This document shows positions 36,984-51,404 of a stretch of 64,000 bases of DNA, one piece after another. Both the position numbers and the translations under genes were made by a program. The notes beneath the pieces are model-generated. The model did no database searches, had not been told where the DNA came from, and was given only the letters and a program-made list of their open reading frames with translations. This DNA comes from Mobula hypostoma (lineage: Eukaryota), in assembly GCF_963921235.1 (NCBI RefSeq), contig NC_086097.1:195426001-195490000 (forward strand). The letters run 5' to 3'. Within the stretch, counting starts at the first letter, position 1, and each line of letters opens with the position of its first letter.

Positions 36984-38495
36984 TTGAATCAGAATCAAGT
37001 TTATTATCGGCATGTGTTGTGAAATTTATTAACAGCAGCAGCAGTTCAATGTAATACATAATATAGAAGAAGGAAATAATCATAATTAAATAAGTAAATC
37101 AATTACAGTATACGTATATCGAATAGATTAAAAATTGCACAAGAAACAGAAAAAAATATTTATTAAGATGTGAGGTAGTGTCCAAAGATTCAATATTCAT
37201 CTCAGAATCGGATGGCAGAGGAGAAGAAGCTGTTCCTGAATCACTGAGTGTGTGCCTTCAGGCTTCTGTACCTCCTACCTGATGGTAACAGTGGGGAAAG
37301 GGCATGCCCTGGGTGCTGGAGGTCCTTAATAATGGACGCTGCCTTTCTGAGACACTGCTCCTTGAAGATGTCTTGGGTACTTTGTAGGCTAGTACCCAAG
37401 ATGGAGCGGACTAAATTTACAACCCTCTGCAGCTTCTTTTGGTCCTGTACAGTAGCACCCCCCCCCCACCACCATATCAGATAGTGAAGAACGCTCTCCA
37501 CGGTACATCTATAGAAGTTTTTGAGTGTATTTGTTGACATACCAAATCTCTTCAAACTCCTAATGAAGTATAGTCACTGTCTTGCCTTCTTTATAGTTGC
37601 ATCGATATGTTGGGACCAGCTTAGATCCTCAAAGCTTGGCACCCAGGAACTTGAAACTGCTCACTCTCTCCACTTCTGATTCCTCTATGAGGATTGGTAT
37701 GTGTTCCTTTGTCTAACCCTTCCTGAAGTCCACAATCAGCTCCTTCATCTTACTGATGTTGACTGCCAGGTTGTTGCTGTGACACCACTCCACTAGTTGA
37801 TATATCTCGCTCCTCCTGTAGGTCCTCTTGTCACCACCTGAGATTCCACCAACAATGGTTGTATCATCAACAAATTTAAAGATGGTATTTGAGCTATGCC
37901 TATCAACACAGTCATGTGTACATAAAGAGTAGAGCAGTGGGCTAAACACACACCCCTGAGGCGCGCCAGTGTTGATCATCAGGGAGGAGGATATGTTATC
38001 ATCAATCCGTACAGGTTGTGGTCTTTTGAGGATCCAACTGCAGAGGGAGGTACAGAGGCCCAAGTACTTCAACTTCTCAATCAGGATTGTGGCAATGATG
38101 GTATTAAATGCTGAGCTATAATCGATGAACAGTATCCTGACCTAGGTGTTTGTGTTGTCCATGTGGTCTAAAGCCATGTGGCGAACCATTGAGATTGCGT
38201 CTGCAGTTGACTTATTGCAGTGATAGGCAATTTGCAATATGTCCAGGTCCTTGGTTAGGCAGGAGATCAGTCTAGTCTTGACCAACCCCTCAAAGCATTT
38301 CATCACTGTAGGTGTGAGTGCTACCGGGCGATGGTCATTAAGACAGCTCACATTATTCTTCTTAGGCAGTGGTATATTTGTTGCCTTTTTGAAGGAAGTG
38401 GGAACTTCTGCCCATAGCACTAAGGTTGAAAATGTTCTTGAATACTCCCGCCAGTTGGTTGACACAGATTTTCAGGGCCTTACCATATACTCCAG
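36984..38495 (-). mobile_element. Rex1/Babar LINE (RT to 3' end)
   Basis: [55 protein letters not shown]; 3' tail abuts the CR1 tail. Confidence 0.92.
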
Positions 38496-38499
38496 ACAA

Positions 38500-41150
38500 T
38501 AGAAATCAGAAAGGTAAGATAAAGCATAATGTTAGATGGGATTTAGATGGGGGGGAGTTTGGTAGGTGTGTTCAGGAAGGTTTTCTGACACGATATGTAC
38601 ATAAGCCTACAAGAGGAGAGGCTGTACTTGATCTGGTATTAGGAAATGAACCTGGTCAGGTGTCGGATCTCTCAGTGGGAGAGCATTTTGGAGATTGTGA
38701 TCACAATTCTATGTCCTTTACCATAGCATTGGAGAGGGATAGTATTGGCGAGTGACCAAGTGGTTAAGGCGTCGGTCTAGTGATCTGAAGGTCGCTAGTT
38801 CGAGCCTCAGCTGAGGCAGCGTGTTGTATCCTTGAGCAAGGCACTTAACCAAGAATCTGCAACGATACTGGTGCCAAGCTGTATGGGTCCTAATGCCCTT
38901 CCCTTGGACAACAACGGTGGCATGGAGAGGGGAGACTTGCAGCATGGGCAGCTGCCGTTCTTCCATACAACCTTGCCCAGGCCTGTGCCCTGGAAACCTT
39001 CCAAGGTGCAAGTCCATGGTTTCACGACACGAATGGATGCCTAAAAGGGAGACGCATTTAATTGGAGTTGGGGGAAATATGAAGCTATCAGGCAGGAACT
39101 TGCAAGCATAAATTAGGAACAGATGTTCTCCCGGAAATGTACGGCAGAAATGTGGCAAATGTTCAGGGTATACTTGCGTGGCATTCTGCATAGGTACGTT
39201 CCAATGAGACAGGAAAGGATGGCAGGGTACAGGAATCGGGGTATACAAAGGCTGTAGAAAATCTAGTCAAGAAGAAAAGAAAAGCTTACGATAGGTTCAA
39301 AACACTAGGTAACGATAGAGATCTAGATAATTATAAGGCTAGCAGGATGGAGCTTAAGAATGAAATTAGGAGAGCCAGAAGGGGTCATGAGAAGGTCTCA
39401 GCAGGCAGAATTAAGGAAAACCCCAAGGTGTGTTACAAGTATGTGAAGAGCAAGAAGTTAAGACATGAGAGAATCAAGTGTGACAGTGGAAAAGTGTGTG
39501 TGGAACCAAAGGAGAGGTACTTAATGAAAACTTTGCTTCAGTATTCACAACAGGAAAGTATCTTGGTGATTGTAGGGATGACTTACAGCGGACTGAAAAG
39601 CTTGAGCATATAGACATTAAGAAAGAGGATGTACTGGTGCTTTTGGAAAGCATCGAGTTGGATAAGTCACCAGGACTGGACGAGGTGTACCCCAGTCTAC
39701 TGTGGGAGGCAAGGGAGGAGATTGCTGAGCCTCTGGCAATGATCTTTGCATCATCAGTGGGGATGGGAGAGGTTCCAGAGGATTGAAGGGTTGTGGCTGT
39801 TGTTTCCTCATTCAAGAAAGGGAGTAGAGTTAACCCAGGAAATTATCGACCAGTAAGTCTTACTTCAGTGGTTGGTAAGCTGATGAAGAGGATCCTGAGA
39901 GGCATAATATGATTAGGAATAGTCAGCATGGCTTTGTCAAAGACAGGCCATGCTTTATGAGCCTGTATGAATTTTTTGAGGATGTGACTAAACACATTGA
40001 TAAAGGTAGAGCAGTAGATGTAGTGTATGTGGATTTCAGCAAGGCATTTGATAAGGTACCCTATGCAAAGATTATTGAGAAAGTAAGGAGGCATGGGATC
40101 CAAGGGAAGATTGCTTTGTGGATCCAGAATTGGCTTGCCCACAGAAAGCAAAGAGTGGTGGTAGATGGGTCATATTCTGCATGGAGGTCGGTGACCAGTG
40201 GTCTGACTTAGGGATCAGTTCTGGGACCCTTTCTCTTCATGATTTTTATAAATGATCTGGATGAGGAAGTGGAGGGATGGGTTAGTAAATTTGCTGATGA
40301 CACAAAAGTTGGGGCTGTTGTGGATAGTGTGGAGGGCTGTCAGAGGTTACAGCAGGACATTGATAGGATGCAAAACCGGGCTGAGAAGTGGCAGATGGAA
40401 GTCAATCCAGGTAAGTGTGAGGTGGTTCATTTTGGTAGGTCAAATATGATGGCAGAATATAGTATCAATAGTAAGATCCTTGGCAGTGTGGAGGATCAGA
40501 GTGATCTTGGGGTCTGAATCCATAGGACACTCAAAGCTGCTACGCAGGTGACTCTGTGTTAAGAAGGCATATTGGTGCATTGGCCTTCATCAACCATGGG
40601 ATTGAGTTTAAGAGCCAAGAGGTAACGTTGCAGCTATATAGGACCCTGGTCAGACCCCACTTGGAGTACTGTGCTCAGTTCTGGTCGCCTCACAACAGGA
40701 AAGATGTTGAAACTATAGAAAGGGTGCAGAGGAGATTGACAAGGATATTGCCTAGATTGGGGAGCATACCTTATGAGAATAAGTTGCATGAACTTGGCCT
40801 TTTCTCCTTAGAGTGAGGGAGCATGAGAGGTGACCTGATAGAGGTGTACAAGATAATGAGAGGCATTGATCAAGTGGATAGTCAGAGGCTTTTTCCCAGG
40901 GCTGAAATGGTTAACATGAGAGGGCACAGTCTTACGGTGCTTGGAAGTAGGTACAGAGGGGATGTCAGGAGTAATTTTTTACACAGAGAGTAGTGAGTGC
41001 ATGGAATGTGCTGCTGGCAACGGTGGTGGAGGCAGATATGATAGGGTTTTAAGAGACTCCTGGACAGGTACATGAACCTTAGAATATGGGTAACCCTAGG
41101 TAATTTCTAAAGTAAGTACATGTTCGGCACAACCTTGTGGGCCGAAGGGC
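38500..41150 (+). mobile_element. CR1 LINE (endonuclease end to 3' tail), decayed
   Basis: LDLVLGNEPGQV, DFSKAFDKVP, KFADDTKVG, RPHLEYC. Confidence 0.92.
38745..39045 (+). mobile_element. tRNA-derived CORE-like SINE with RTE-like body and tail, inserted in CR1
   Basis: A box TGACCAAGTGG (38753), B box AGTTCGAGCC (38797), CORE-like TCCTTGAGCAAGGCACTTAACC, AGTCCATGG tail. Confidence 0.8.
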
Positions 41151-42954
41151 TTGTATTGTGCTGCAGGTTTTCTATGTTTTTATATTTCTCTGTTATTATT
41201 AAAGAATGCCTCTTACTTATTCCTTATTATCAAAATTGTCTAACATTTCAATGGGACTAATAGAGATGACGTTTGAAATACAATTGTCCTCTTGAGATGC
41301 TTTGTCGAGACTTTGGCAGCATTCTGTCAACATGCTCAGAAATTCTGCTAGGAGAATGAACCCATAGAAAATGAATGCTAAGCATTTTCCATTCTTACGC
41401 ATGTTGTAGAAATCGATAGGAGACCTAAAGAGATAACTTAATAACATTTTACATGTTCCCTACATCCTTCTCCATTGTGCAAGAAAGATAAAGGGAAGAT
41501 CATGAGGCTAGGCAATACAGCACCATTTGCTGGAAGACAAAGGACAGAAGAATGTTACAGGCACCTTCCCCTATGGATACAGGGCATGCCACCTTCCTGT
41601 GGACCTCAGTCTCCAGTATCACATGTGCATTCTTTATCCCTCAGTCCTTAAAACATCCTACGGTTTGCTCTCCAAAGTACTCCACAGTGTCTATCAGTAT
41701 GGTTCTGCACAGCCAGTCTTAACTGCTCCAGGAAAAAGAGGTGTCTATCAACATCTGAATATGAAACCTGTGGATTGCTCTCTGAACAATTCCAGTCAAA
41801 CTTAAATAATTCACCCCAAATACTGGATGATAAAGCTGAACATTTAAACTCTATGTCCCATTAACACATTATCTATTTCATACCCATAATGAGCTCCTAA
41901 GATTTAATTCTGAGAAGAAAATGTTAGACTGGGATCTTAAGATCACAAATGAGAAAATAAATAAACACATTGATTTCACAAACTCGTGTTCCTCACAATA
42001 TTTTAGAATGAGAAGAATAGGAGTGTTGTGGAGCGTACCGGGGAAGAGCCAAGTGTCCACTTTGTGAACCTTGGACGGAATATCTAACCATATCTTCTTA
42101 CAATATTTTATAGGAAGCATAAAGCAGATTAGCAGATGCAAATCTCTTAATTCCATATTATGAAGCTTTGGAATACTTCACGTGCATATCCTGCTGAACA
42201 AAGGCAGAAAGAAAAAGGTTTGCTTATAAATCTAGTCAACAGCTGACTTAATATCTATGGTACCGCAAGGAATAAAAATATATGTGCTTGATTGACAGGC
42301 TACAGCTATCTTTGTGGTGCTTTTTTTAAGTGTTGTACAAAAGCATGGTCCACTTAATTCCAGTGTGCTTCTTGTTTCTGAATGGTGAAAATGGCCAAGT
42401 GGAAATATGCAAAATATGTCTTAAAATAAATATCTCTAACATTTTGTTCCTGCCTCATATGTAAAGTAATCCAACATGTCAAGAAATCTAAATTATTTCT
42501 TTTAAAAAAACTATTACCAGTTGTTACAAAAAGTTTGTTTGTGCTCTACAGGAAGTTAAATTAAGCCAACTATTTCAGCTGGTAATTAATATTAGTCAGT
42601 TGTAAGGACAAGTGTTTCCAGTCACTAACTCGTTACATTTTGTCAGTTAATTTGCAGCAGTACCACTTAAAAGCATACAGAGTTTTTTTTCTGTAATTAT
42701 CTCAGTGGTTAAATCCACCTTTGACGGGAAAGGATAGAATCAAATCATCTCATCTTACGCAAATCACACAACGGGCAGCTAAAAAGGAGATAGTTGCTTT
42801 ACCATACCTCATCAACTGTGATTCTGAACAGCATCTGTGTATTCATCTGGAATCATCGGGCCAGTTGCTCCAAATAATTTACCAATTGTGTCTTGTTCCT
42901 CAGCAACACAGAAAATCCAGCCAAACAGATAGGTTAAGTTAAATGGAGATGCAA

Positions 42955-43140
42955 TAGATTACAGATGCTGGGATCTGAAGCAAAAAAAAACAAGTTGCTA
43001 AAGGAACTCATTGGGTCAAGCAGAATTTGTGGAAGCAATGGTCCGAGGCAGGGTCGCAGCCTAAAACATGAATGATCTTTTTGCCTCTACAAATGCTGTC
43101 TGACACACAGAATTCCTCCAGCAACTTGCATTTTGCTCTA
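42955..43140. mobile_element. Old fold-back Penelope-derived element
   Basis: Inverted arms at 42991-43038 and 43081-43128 around a degenerate hammerhead (GTCCGAGGCAGGGTCGCAGCCTAAAACAT). Confidence 0.65.
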
Positions 43141-43594
43141 GGTAACACTAAAACTTTTCTTTGAAGACCCAGCTGGAGTTTTGTTAACTAGGATTCTTTA
43201 AAATTTTACCCTGTTTTCCTGAGTTACTTGGTTTTCAGATGGAACTCACAAAAAAATCATTTTTGTTAGAAGAGAATGTGCTGCAGCAAAAGAAGGAAAT
43301 TCTGCCACTGCATAACATTGGAGGAGGCAGAGGAGAAACATTCAAAAGATTGGAAGAAATAAATACAGTGATTGCATCACTTCCAGCATCTGCAATTGTA
43401 ATATTTGGTTTAAACCTGAAGAAATGGACTCTGAAGTTGCTGTTAGTATGTGGTTTCACTACATAATTGTTTGTAACCTTCAAATGTCACCCATGAACTC
43501 TGATCCCAAGAATCACCAGAAACAAAAACTCATGGCAGGAAACTCTACTGGGTCCTGGCCCTTGATTTCTCCAAGTTCCCACTCTGTACTAGTA

Positions 43595-46382
43595 CAGTGG
43601 TTCCCAAACTTTTTTGGGTACACCAACTTGGCTCCCAGTCCACCTCCCCACTGTCCCCCTCTCCCTTTCAGGCCATTACATAATGACTATAAAGAAATTT
43701 TGATTTACGATGCACAATGAAAGAAAATAAGAACTGCAAAATCAAACAGTGACATATAATTGCAAAAACTACTCAAATCTATTTAAGGCAACAAATAAAC
43801 TTATTTATTTAATTACAAGAAAACACAATTTTCATCAACAATTTTAGAGCATACATTAATGGCCCAACTATTCACTTCTTCATTTTTTTTCACCTTTCAA
43901 TGAGATGGACGGGCTTGGTGCAGTGATATCAGCTTCTCAACATCAGGCTGAATGTTACTCGGGAATCTCAGATCCCCACATTCAGTAATTTGCAGTCTGT
44001 TTTATTGTTTTTAACAAAGTTGGGTGACTACATTGAAACTGCACTCTGCTAAATATGATGTTGGAAAGGCTATAAAGAACATCTTGACCTTTTTCACAAT
44101 GCAGAATAGCATTCCGTTCTGCAATTGAAAGTCTTGATATGATTTTTTTTTAACATCGCCTTCAGTTCAAAGTCATTTTGTAGTGAGATCGGTTCTTTCT
44201 TCATACTTCCTGTTAAATCCTCATTACAAGTGTTCAGGAATGGATGTATTACCCAACCTAGAATTGGGATTGAGGAACCAAATCTCTTTATGTCTTTATG
44301 CAGCTCACCCAGGTGGGCACAGAGAACTTCAAGATCATCATCTGGTATTCTTTCTTCTTCTCCCAACTCAGAAAGGCTTAGAAATTGAGAAATGTTGTGC
44401 ACGTCATTGTTGCTCTTAAGAAGGGTTAACTTGGAAAGAAATGTGGAAACAACCAATTTGACTTTGAAGAGATTCATATCCTTTCCTTGCAATTTTTGAT
44501 GATGAAATTCAATAAAAAATAAATTACAAAAAAAATTTTAAAAAAGAAAATTGATTTCATTAAACTTTGTGAATAATTTTGACAAATAAGCAATGTCATG
44601 CCTAATATTCTTAAGTTGATTACTAAATGAAACATTCAAATATTCAGAAAGTTTTAATACTATTTCAAAAAGAGGTTAGAAGTGTCTCAGGCTGTTTCCT
44701 TTTTAGAGCTTTCTGACTTCTGTGTGCAACAGCAAGTGTTCAGTCTGTTCATCATTCTCAATAAAAAGCTATCAAAATAGTCAAGAATTGGGAACATGGG
44801 ACTTGATTTTATTTTCTACTGTGACAGCAATATTTAATAATTTGTGCAGCCAAAATCTTATGGATTTTTTGTGACAAGGTGTTGTCTGTGAATGACACTG
44901 TAAATGGTAAACATGTTAGTTATAGCGTTTTTCAAGAAAGTAAAAATCCCACAGTGAGATCCTGCCATTGGTGGTACTCCATCTATTGCATAAACAAGAA
45001 TGTTGGTGAGTGGAATGTTCTTTTCTCTGAAAAAAATTGCTCAATAACTGAAATATTGACTACCCCTTCATAACTGTTTCTAGTCCTCTTGCAAATAACT
45101 CTTAAATCATGCTTTCATCTTTTATGAAGAGAACATAACCAAGAAGCAATGATTCCTTATTATTGACTCAAAGTTGAGTCAACCAGCTGTAGACTAAATT
45201 CTGCTGCCCTAATTATGTTGCATAATGTGCCTTCCACATTCTCATTTATTCGTCTTTGAATAGAGTTGTCGCTGAGCAAAATTGTTTCAATTATTTGGTC
45301 TAGTGACTTACATAAAACCTTACTCAGAGCCTCCTTTTCTGCTGTCAGAATCAAATCTTCTCTAATAGTATGGGATTTTCCAGATTTAGCAATGAGCGAT
45401 GAAATGTTGTATGAAGCCCTCAAACTATCATTTATTTTTGTTGTGAAGTGTTTTCCATTCTTGAAAGTTTTCACAAAGTGACTTAAAATAAGTCAAGTTC
45501 TTGTTTGTTTTATCAGAGTGCATTCTCTTCAAATGTTCAAGGAGCCTGGACAGTTTAATTGGCTGATATTGTTTGCGTGGTGCTGGTATAAATCCATATT
45601 TCAGATACTTCACACTATACTGTCTACAGTTTTTTTATTTGGTCTCCTTCTGTCATTTTAGTTATGGATTAATGACCTTGGTCATTCATCTGATCACTTC
45701 CACGGATTCTGCCCGACCTGCTGAGTTCCTCCAGCGTGTTGTGAGTGTTCCTTTGTCATTCACCTATTGCTTAAGTCCAACCCTGATCAATAAAGGGGAA
45801 TGTTATGACATCATAATAGCTCAGGCAAAACCTAACCCTCTTCCTGAACACACATAAACTGGGACAGCAATATCTCAATTGGACTGCAGGCTAAGGAGAT
45901 GTGGCCAAGACAATTCAAAGGGTTTCTGAGCTTTACCCCATTGACCATCATACCCTAATTCACAGTATTGCATTACTGTGTGCTTTTAGAGTAATGGAAT
46001 CACACCAGCTAACACTACAACATTAGTGAGCAGCAAGACTGCCCAGGACGGCCCAGAAATAATATAATTTCTCTTGTCCAGTTTTCTCATGATATGCCAA
46101 ATGCAGAAGTGTCACATTGCTTTTCAACAACTATAGTACTCCTCGAGTAAATCTAAGAGAACAGTGGGTTAGCAGAAGATGAGGTGTTCACATGATCATT
46201 GTCCTTGATTATGAGGCACTAAAGATCAAATGCTTATAGGAAGAAATACATTTCATAAATTAAACCTGTACTCTCCTTACTACTGAGAAACTCCTCCCTT
46301 CCTACCCCCTTTATATTTTTCACCCCCATGGAAACTCTCACCAGCCCCCAAGTGGGTGCTAATGTCGACTTGGGAACCACTG
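43595..46382 (-). mobile_element. hAT Buster/Charlie-type DNA transposon with a decayed transposase
   Basis: 13-bp TIRs CAGTGGTTCCCAA; both flanks fit nnnTAnnn (TACTAGTA / ATCTATGC, diverged); YLKYGFIP, LIAKSGKSHTI, NDFELK and FPTSYL motifs on minus, about 43900-45650. Confidence 0.88.
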
Positions 46383-46502
46383 ATCTATGCATCACACTAA
46401 TTAATGAGTGATTAGTTAGTGACATTGTCACCAGTGCCTGGGGAAGTGCACTCCATCTTCAACACTCATATTTTCCAATTTACTTGATTACTTTCCTACT
46501 TG

Positions 46503-47450
46503 ATTTCAAAGTTCAAAATAAATGTATTATCGAAGTACATACACATCACCATATACAACCCGAAATTCATTTTCTTGCAGGCATACTCAATAAATTCATG
46601 GAATAATAACCATAAGAAAATCAATGAAAGACCGCACCAACTTCAATGTTCAACCACAATGCAAATACAAAAAAGAAAGAAATAATAATGACAAATAAAT
46701 AAGCAATAAATATCGAGAACATGACATGAAGAGTCCTTGAAAGTGAGTCCGTTGGTTGTGGTAACATTTTAATGATGGGGCAAGTGAAGTTATCCCCTTT
46801 GGTTCAAGTGCCTGATGACTGAGGAGTAATAACTGTTCCTGAAACTGGAAGTATGAGTCCTGAGGCACCTGTACCTTCTTCCTGATGGCAACAGTGAGAA
46901 GAGAGCATGTCCCGGGCGGTGAGGTCCCTGATAATCGATGTTGCTTTCTTGTGACAGCACTCCGTGTAAGTGTGCTCAATGGTGGGGGAGGGCTTTACCC
47001 ATGATGTACTGAGCTGTATCCACTACATTTTGTAGGATTTTGCCTTCAAGGGCATTGATGTTTCTTTACCAGGCTATGATGTAACTAGTTAATATACTCT
47101 GCACTACACATCTATAAAAGTTTGTCAGAATTTTAGATATCATGCCAAACCTTTGCAAACTCCTAAGGAAACAGAGGCACTCCCGTGCTTTCTTTGTAAT
47201 TGCACTGACCAGGGCCCAGGACAGATTCTCTGAAAGAAATACACCGAGGAATTTTTTGCTGACCATCTCCACCTCTGATCCTCCAGTGAGGAGTTCCTTG
47301 TGGAGCTCAGGTTTCCTTCTCCTGAACTCAGTCAGCTCCATGGTCTTTCTGACATTGAACAAGAGGTTGCTGTTATGACACTACTCAGAAAGAATTTCAA
47401 TCTCTCTCCTATGTGCTGATTTATCAGCACCTTTGACTCGGCCTATGACA
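46503..47450 (-). mobile_element. Rex1/Babar LINE 3' part
   Basis: KFLGV...ITKKARECLCFLRSLQRFGM; tail near 46503-46530. Confidence 0.85.
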
Positions 47451-47974
47451 GCAAAATATTAAAATAAAATTCCAGTCTGACCCAAAGAGGAACAGTGATA
47501 GAAACAGTAATTATAATTGCTGTTAATAAAAACATTAAAGGGTTAAGGAAATATCTGTGTAATAGGACTAAGTATGAGGGAACCTGTACCAAAAATGTTG
47601 AACAAAGCTTTAGCTACACTTGGAAAATTTAACCTAATTAAAATTTTAAAATGATATTTATGTACTCCAGTATTGTTTGGATGGATAATGGTTTAATATG
47701 TGGTTTATGTGTAAAGATCACAGGATAAAACAAGGCAGCTATTTCTTCAAAGATGTACTTATTAAATAGCATTAGATCAAGCTTAAGAAATACTTTATTC
47801 TGTGCACAAATATCTGGTGTTCTTCCTTTCATTAGTATTGTTGCAGCTGATCTTCAAAACTTTCCTCTATTACATGACCAAGGACATGAACATTTTATTT
47901 GCCTTTATTTCAGTTGGAACATAATCATTGATCTTTGTTATGTTTACTTTGCTTTTAAACATTAGAGAGAAAAC

Positions 47975-50870
47975 TTAGAATATAACAGTACAGCATAGTA
48001 CAGGCACTTTAGCCCATGATGCATTGCCAACCTTTTAACCTACTCAAAGATCAATCAAACACTTCCCTCACACATAGCCCTTCATTTCTATTTCACCCTT
48101 GTGCCTATGTAAGAGGTCCCTAAATGTCCCTAATATATCTGCTTCCACCACCAACCCTGGCAGCATGTTCTACTACATACCACTCTGTGTATCAAAAGAA
48201 CAACCTCTGATATCCCCCTATTCTTTCCTCCACTCAAATCAATATTATGTCCCCTCATGTTAGTCATTTCCACCCTGGAAGAAAGTCTCAGGCTTTCTGC
48301 TCTAACTGTGCTTGTTACTATCTTATGCACCTCTATCACATCATCTCTCAGTTTCCTTCGCTCCAAAGAGAATAGCCCTGGATCACCCAGCTTATCCTCA
48401 TAAGGCATACTCTCCAATCCTGGCAACACACTGGTAAGTCTCATCTGAACCCTCTCTAAAGCTTCCACATCCTTTCTATAATAAGACATAGGGAAGAATT
48501 AGGCCATCTGGCCCATCGAGTCTGCTCCTCGATTCAATCATAGCAGATCCTTTTTTCTATCTCCTCCTCAACCCCAGTTCCAGGCCTTCTCCCCGTAACC
48601 TTTCATGCCATGTCCAATCAAGAACCTGTCAATCTCTGCCTTAAATACAACTGATGACCTGGCTTCCACAGCTGCATGTGGCAACAAATTCCAAAAATTC
48701 ACCACCCTTTAACTAAAAAAATCTCTCCGCATCTCTGTTTTGAAAGGGCGCCCCTCTATCCTGAGGCTGTGCCCCCTTGTCCTAGTCTCTCCCACAATGG
48801 GAGGCATCCTTTTCACATTTGCTCTGTCTGGGTCTTTCAACGTTCGAAAGATTTTAATAAGATCCCCCCTCATCCTTCTGAATTCCAGCGAGTACGGATC
48901 CAGAGCCATCAAACATTCCTCGTATGATAACCCTTTCATTCCTGGAATTATCTTTGTGAACCTCCTCTGAACTCTCTCCAATGCCAGCACATCTTATCTA
49001 AGATGAGGGAACCAAAACTGTTCACAAATACTCAAGATGAGGCCTCACCAGTGCCTTATAAAGCATGACCATGCATTTTCCAACATTGCATTTCATTTGC
49101 CACTTTCTTGCCCATTCTACTAATCTGTCTAAGTCCTTCTGCTTCCTACCTGTTTCTTCAACAGTACCTACCCCTCCACGAATCTTTATATCATCTGCAA
49201 ACCTGGCAACAAAACCATCTATTCCATCTCCTAAATCACTTATATACAGCATAAATAGAAGTGGTCCAAACACCAACCCCCGCAGAAAAACACTAGTCAC
49301 TGGCAGCCAACCAAAACAGGATCCTTTCTTTCCCACTCACTGCCTCTTACCATCAGCCAATGCTCAAACCATGTTAATAACTTTCCTGTATTACCATGGG
49401 CTCTTAACTTGGTAAGCAGCCTCATGTGTGGCACCTTGTCAGAGGCCTTCTGAAAGTCCAAATATACAACATCTACTGCATGCCCTTTATCTATCCTACT
49501 TGTAAACTCCTCAAAGAATTCCAACAGGTTTGTCAGGCAGGATTTTCCCTGAAGGAAACCTTGCTGACTTTGTACTATCTTGCCCTGTGTCACCAAGTAC
49601 TTCATCACCTCATGCTTAACAATTGACTCTAACACTGAGATCAGGCTAACGGGTCTATAATTTCCTTTCTGCTGCCTTCCTCCTTTCTGAAAGAGTGGAG
49701 TAATGTTTGCAATTTTCCAGTCCTCTGGCACCATTCCAGGGTGCAATGATTTTTGAAAGATCATTTCTGATGCCACCACAATCTCTAATGCTACCTCTTT
49801 CAGAATGAGCCTACCAGAACTGAACACAACACTCTAACTCTGGTCTAATCAGAGTTTTGTAGATCTGCAACATTATCTTGAGGTTCTTGAATTGAATTCC
49901 CCAACTAATGAAGGCCAATACACCATATTTCTTCTTAGCCATGCTACCATCTTGCATGGCAACTTTGAGTGATCTATGGATTTGGACCCCAAGATCCTTC
50001 TCTTCTTCCACACTGCAAAAACTCTTACCATTAACCTTGTATTCTGCCTTCATTTGACCTTCCAAAGTGAATCATTCAACTCTTTTCTTGACTGAACTCT
50101 ATCTGCCTCTTCTTAGCACAGCTCTGCATTCTATTAACGTCCCACTGTAACCTATGGCAACCTGCTACACTGTACGCAATACCATCACATTACCGTGTGT
50201 CATCAGCAATCTTACTAACCCACCTTTCCATTCCTTTATCCAAGTCATTTATAAAAATCACAAAGAGCAGAATTTCCAGAAGAGATCCTTGCAGAGTGCC
50301 ACTGGTCACTTACCTACAGATAGAACATGTTCCACTTATTACCACCCTCTGCCTTCTGTGGGCAACCATATGCCGATTCCATGCAGTCAAGTTTCAATGG
50401 ATCCCATGCCTCCTGACTTTCTGAATGAACTTCCCATGGGGAAACTTATTAAACATCTTACCAAAATCCACATAGACTACATGCACTGCTCTGCCTTCAT
50501 CAACCTGTTTTGTCACGTCCTCAAATAATTCAATCAGGCTCATGAGGCATCACCTGCCCCCACTCCCATAAAGCCATTTTGACTATCCCTAATCAGACAA
50601 TGCTTCTTCAAATGCTTGGAAATTTTGTCTCTAAAAATCCTCGCCAATAGTTTGCCACCACTGACATGAGAAACACTGTTCTATTATTTCTAGGTTTGTA
50701 CCTATTTTTTCTTGAACAAAGGAATCACTTTTACCACCCTCCGATCCTCCAGCAGAACTGTAGCCAGTGATGATGCAGAGATCATCTCCAAAGTTGCAGC
50801 AATCTCTTCCTTTGTTTCTTGTAGTAACCTGGAATATATTCCTGTGGTCCTGTTGCTTACCTATCCTAAG
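47975..50870 (-). mobile_element. CR1 LINE with a second CR1 subfamily nested at about 48486-49805
   Basis: Two 3' tails (near 47975 and 48486); host reading resumes near 49808; RFADD, NYRPVSL, ERVQRRFTK motifs. Confidence 0.85.
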
Positions 50871-51404
50871 TTAGTTATGTAAGAAACATTTTCTTTGTTC
50901 TTGTTATGATCAGAAAGTATGAACACTAGCTTTTTAACAAAATCAACATTTCAAGAACAAACATTTGCAGGAAAACATAATTACATGCTTTAAAACAGTT
51001 TTGCAATATTTATCTGTAGTTAGAGCTCAAATTTTATTTAAAACACCTGCAAATGCCGTGATGCTTTGATTTAATGAGAGCATTGTAAGCATGTTTACCA
51101 ATGTCCCAATGAAATGAATAAGTGCCCAATGATCTCCAGATATCTACTCTGGCATTTATCAGATTTTCTCTTGCTAAATGTCCAAATGTTAAGAATTGAG
51201 TGTCAATTTATTATCCTGAGATGAAGTACTTTTTGATACCTTGTTTGAAGCTCAAAGACATTGGAAGAATATAACGTGGGAAGTGGGTGTCAATGAATGA
51301 GGAGAGGGAAGAGGGTTTGGTTTAAATTCCAGAATGGATGACCACAAAATTAATTAATAAGTTAATGGGACATTGTTTAGAAACAAGCAATCAAATTATA
51401 TACT

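Noticed and set aside
43900..45650. Domesticated ZBED/Buster-type gene
   Set aside because: Many frameshifts and stops, and TIRs are still present: a dead transposon.
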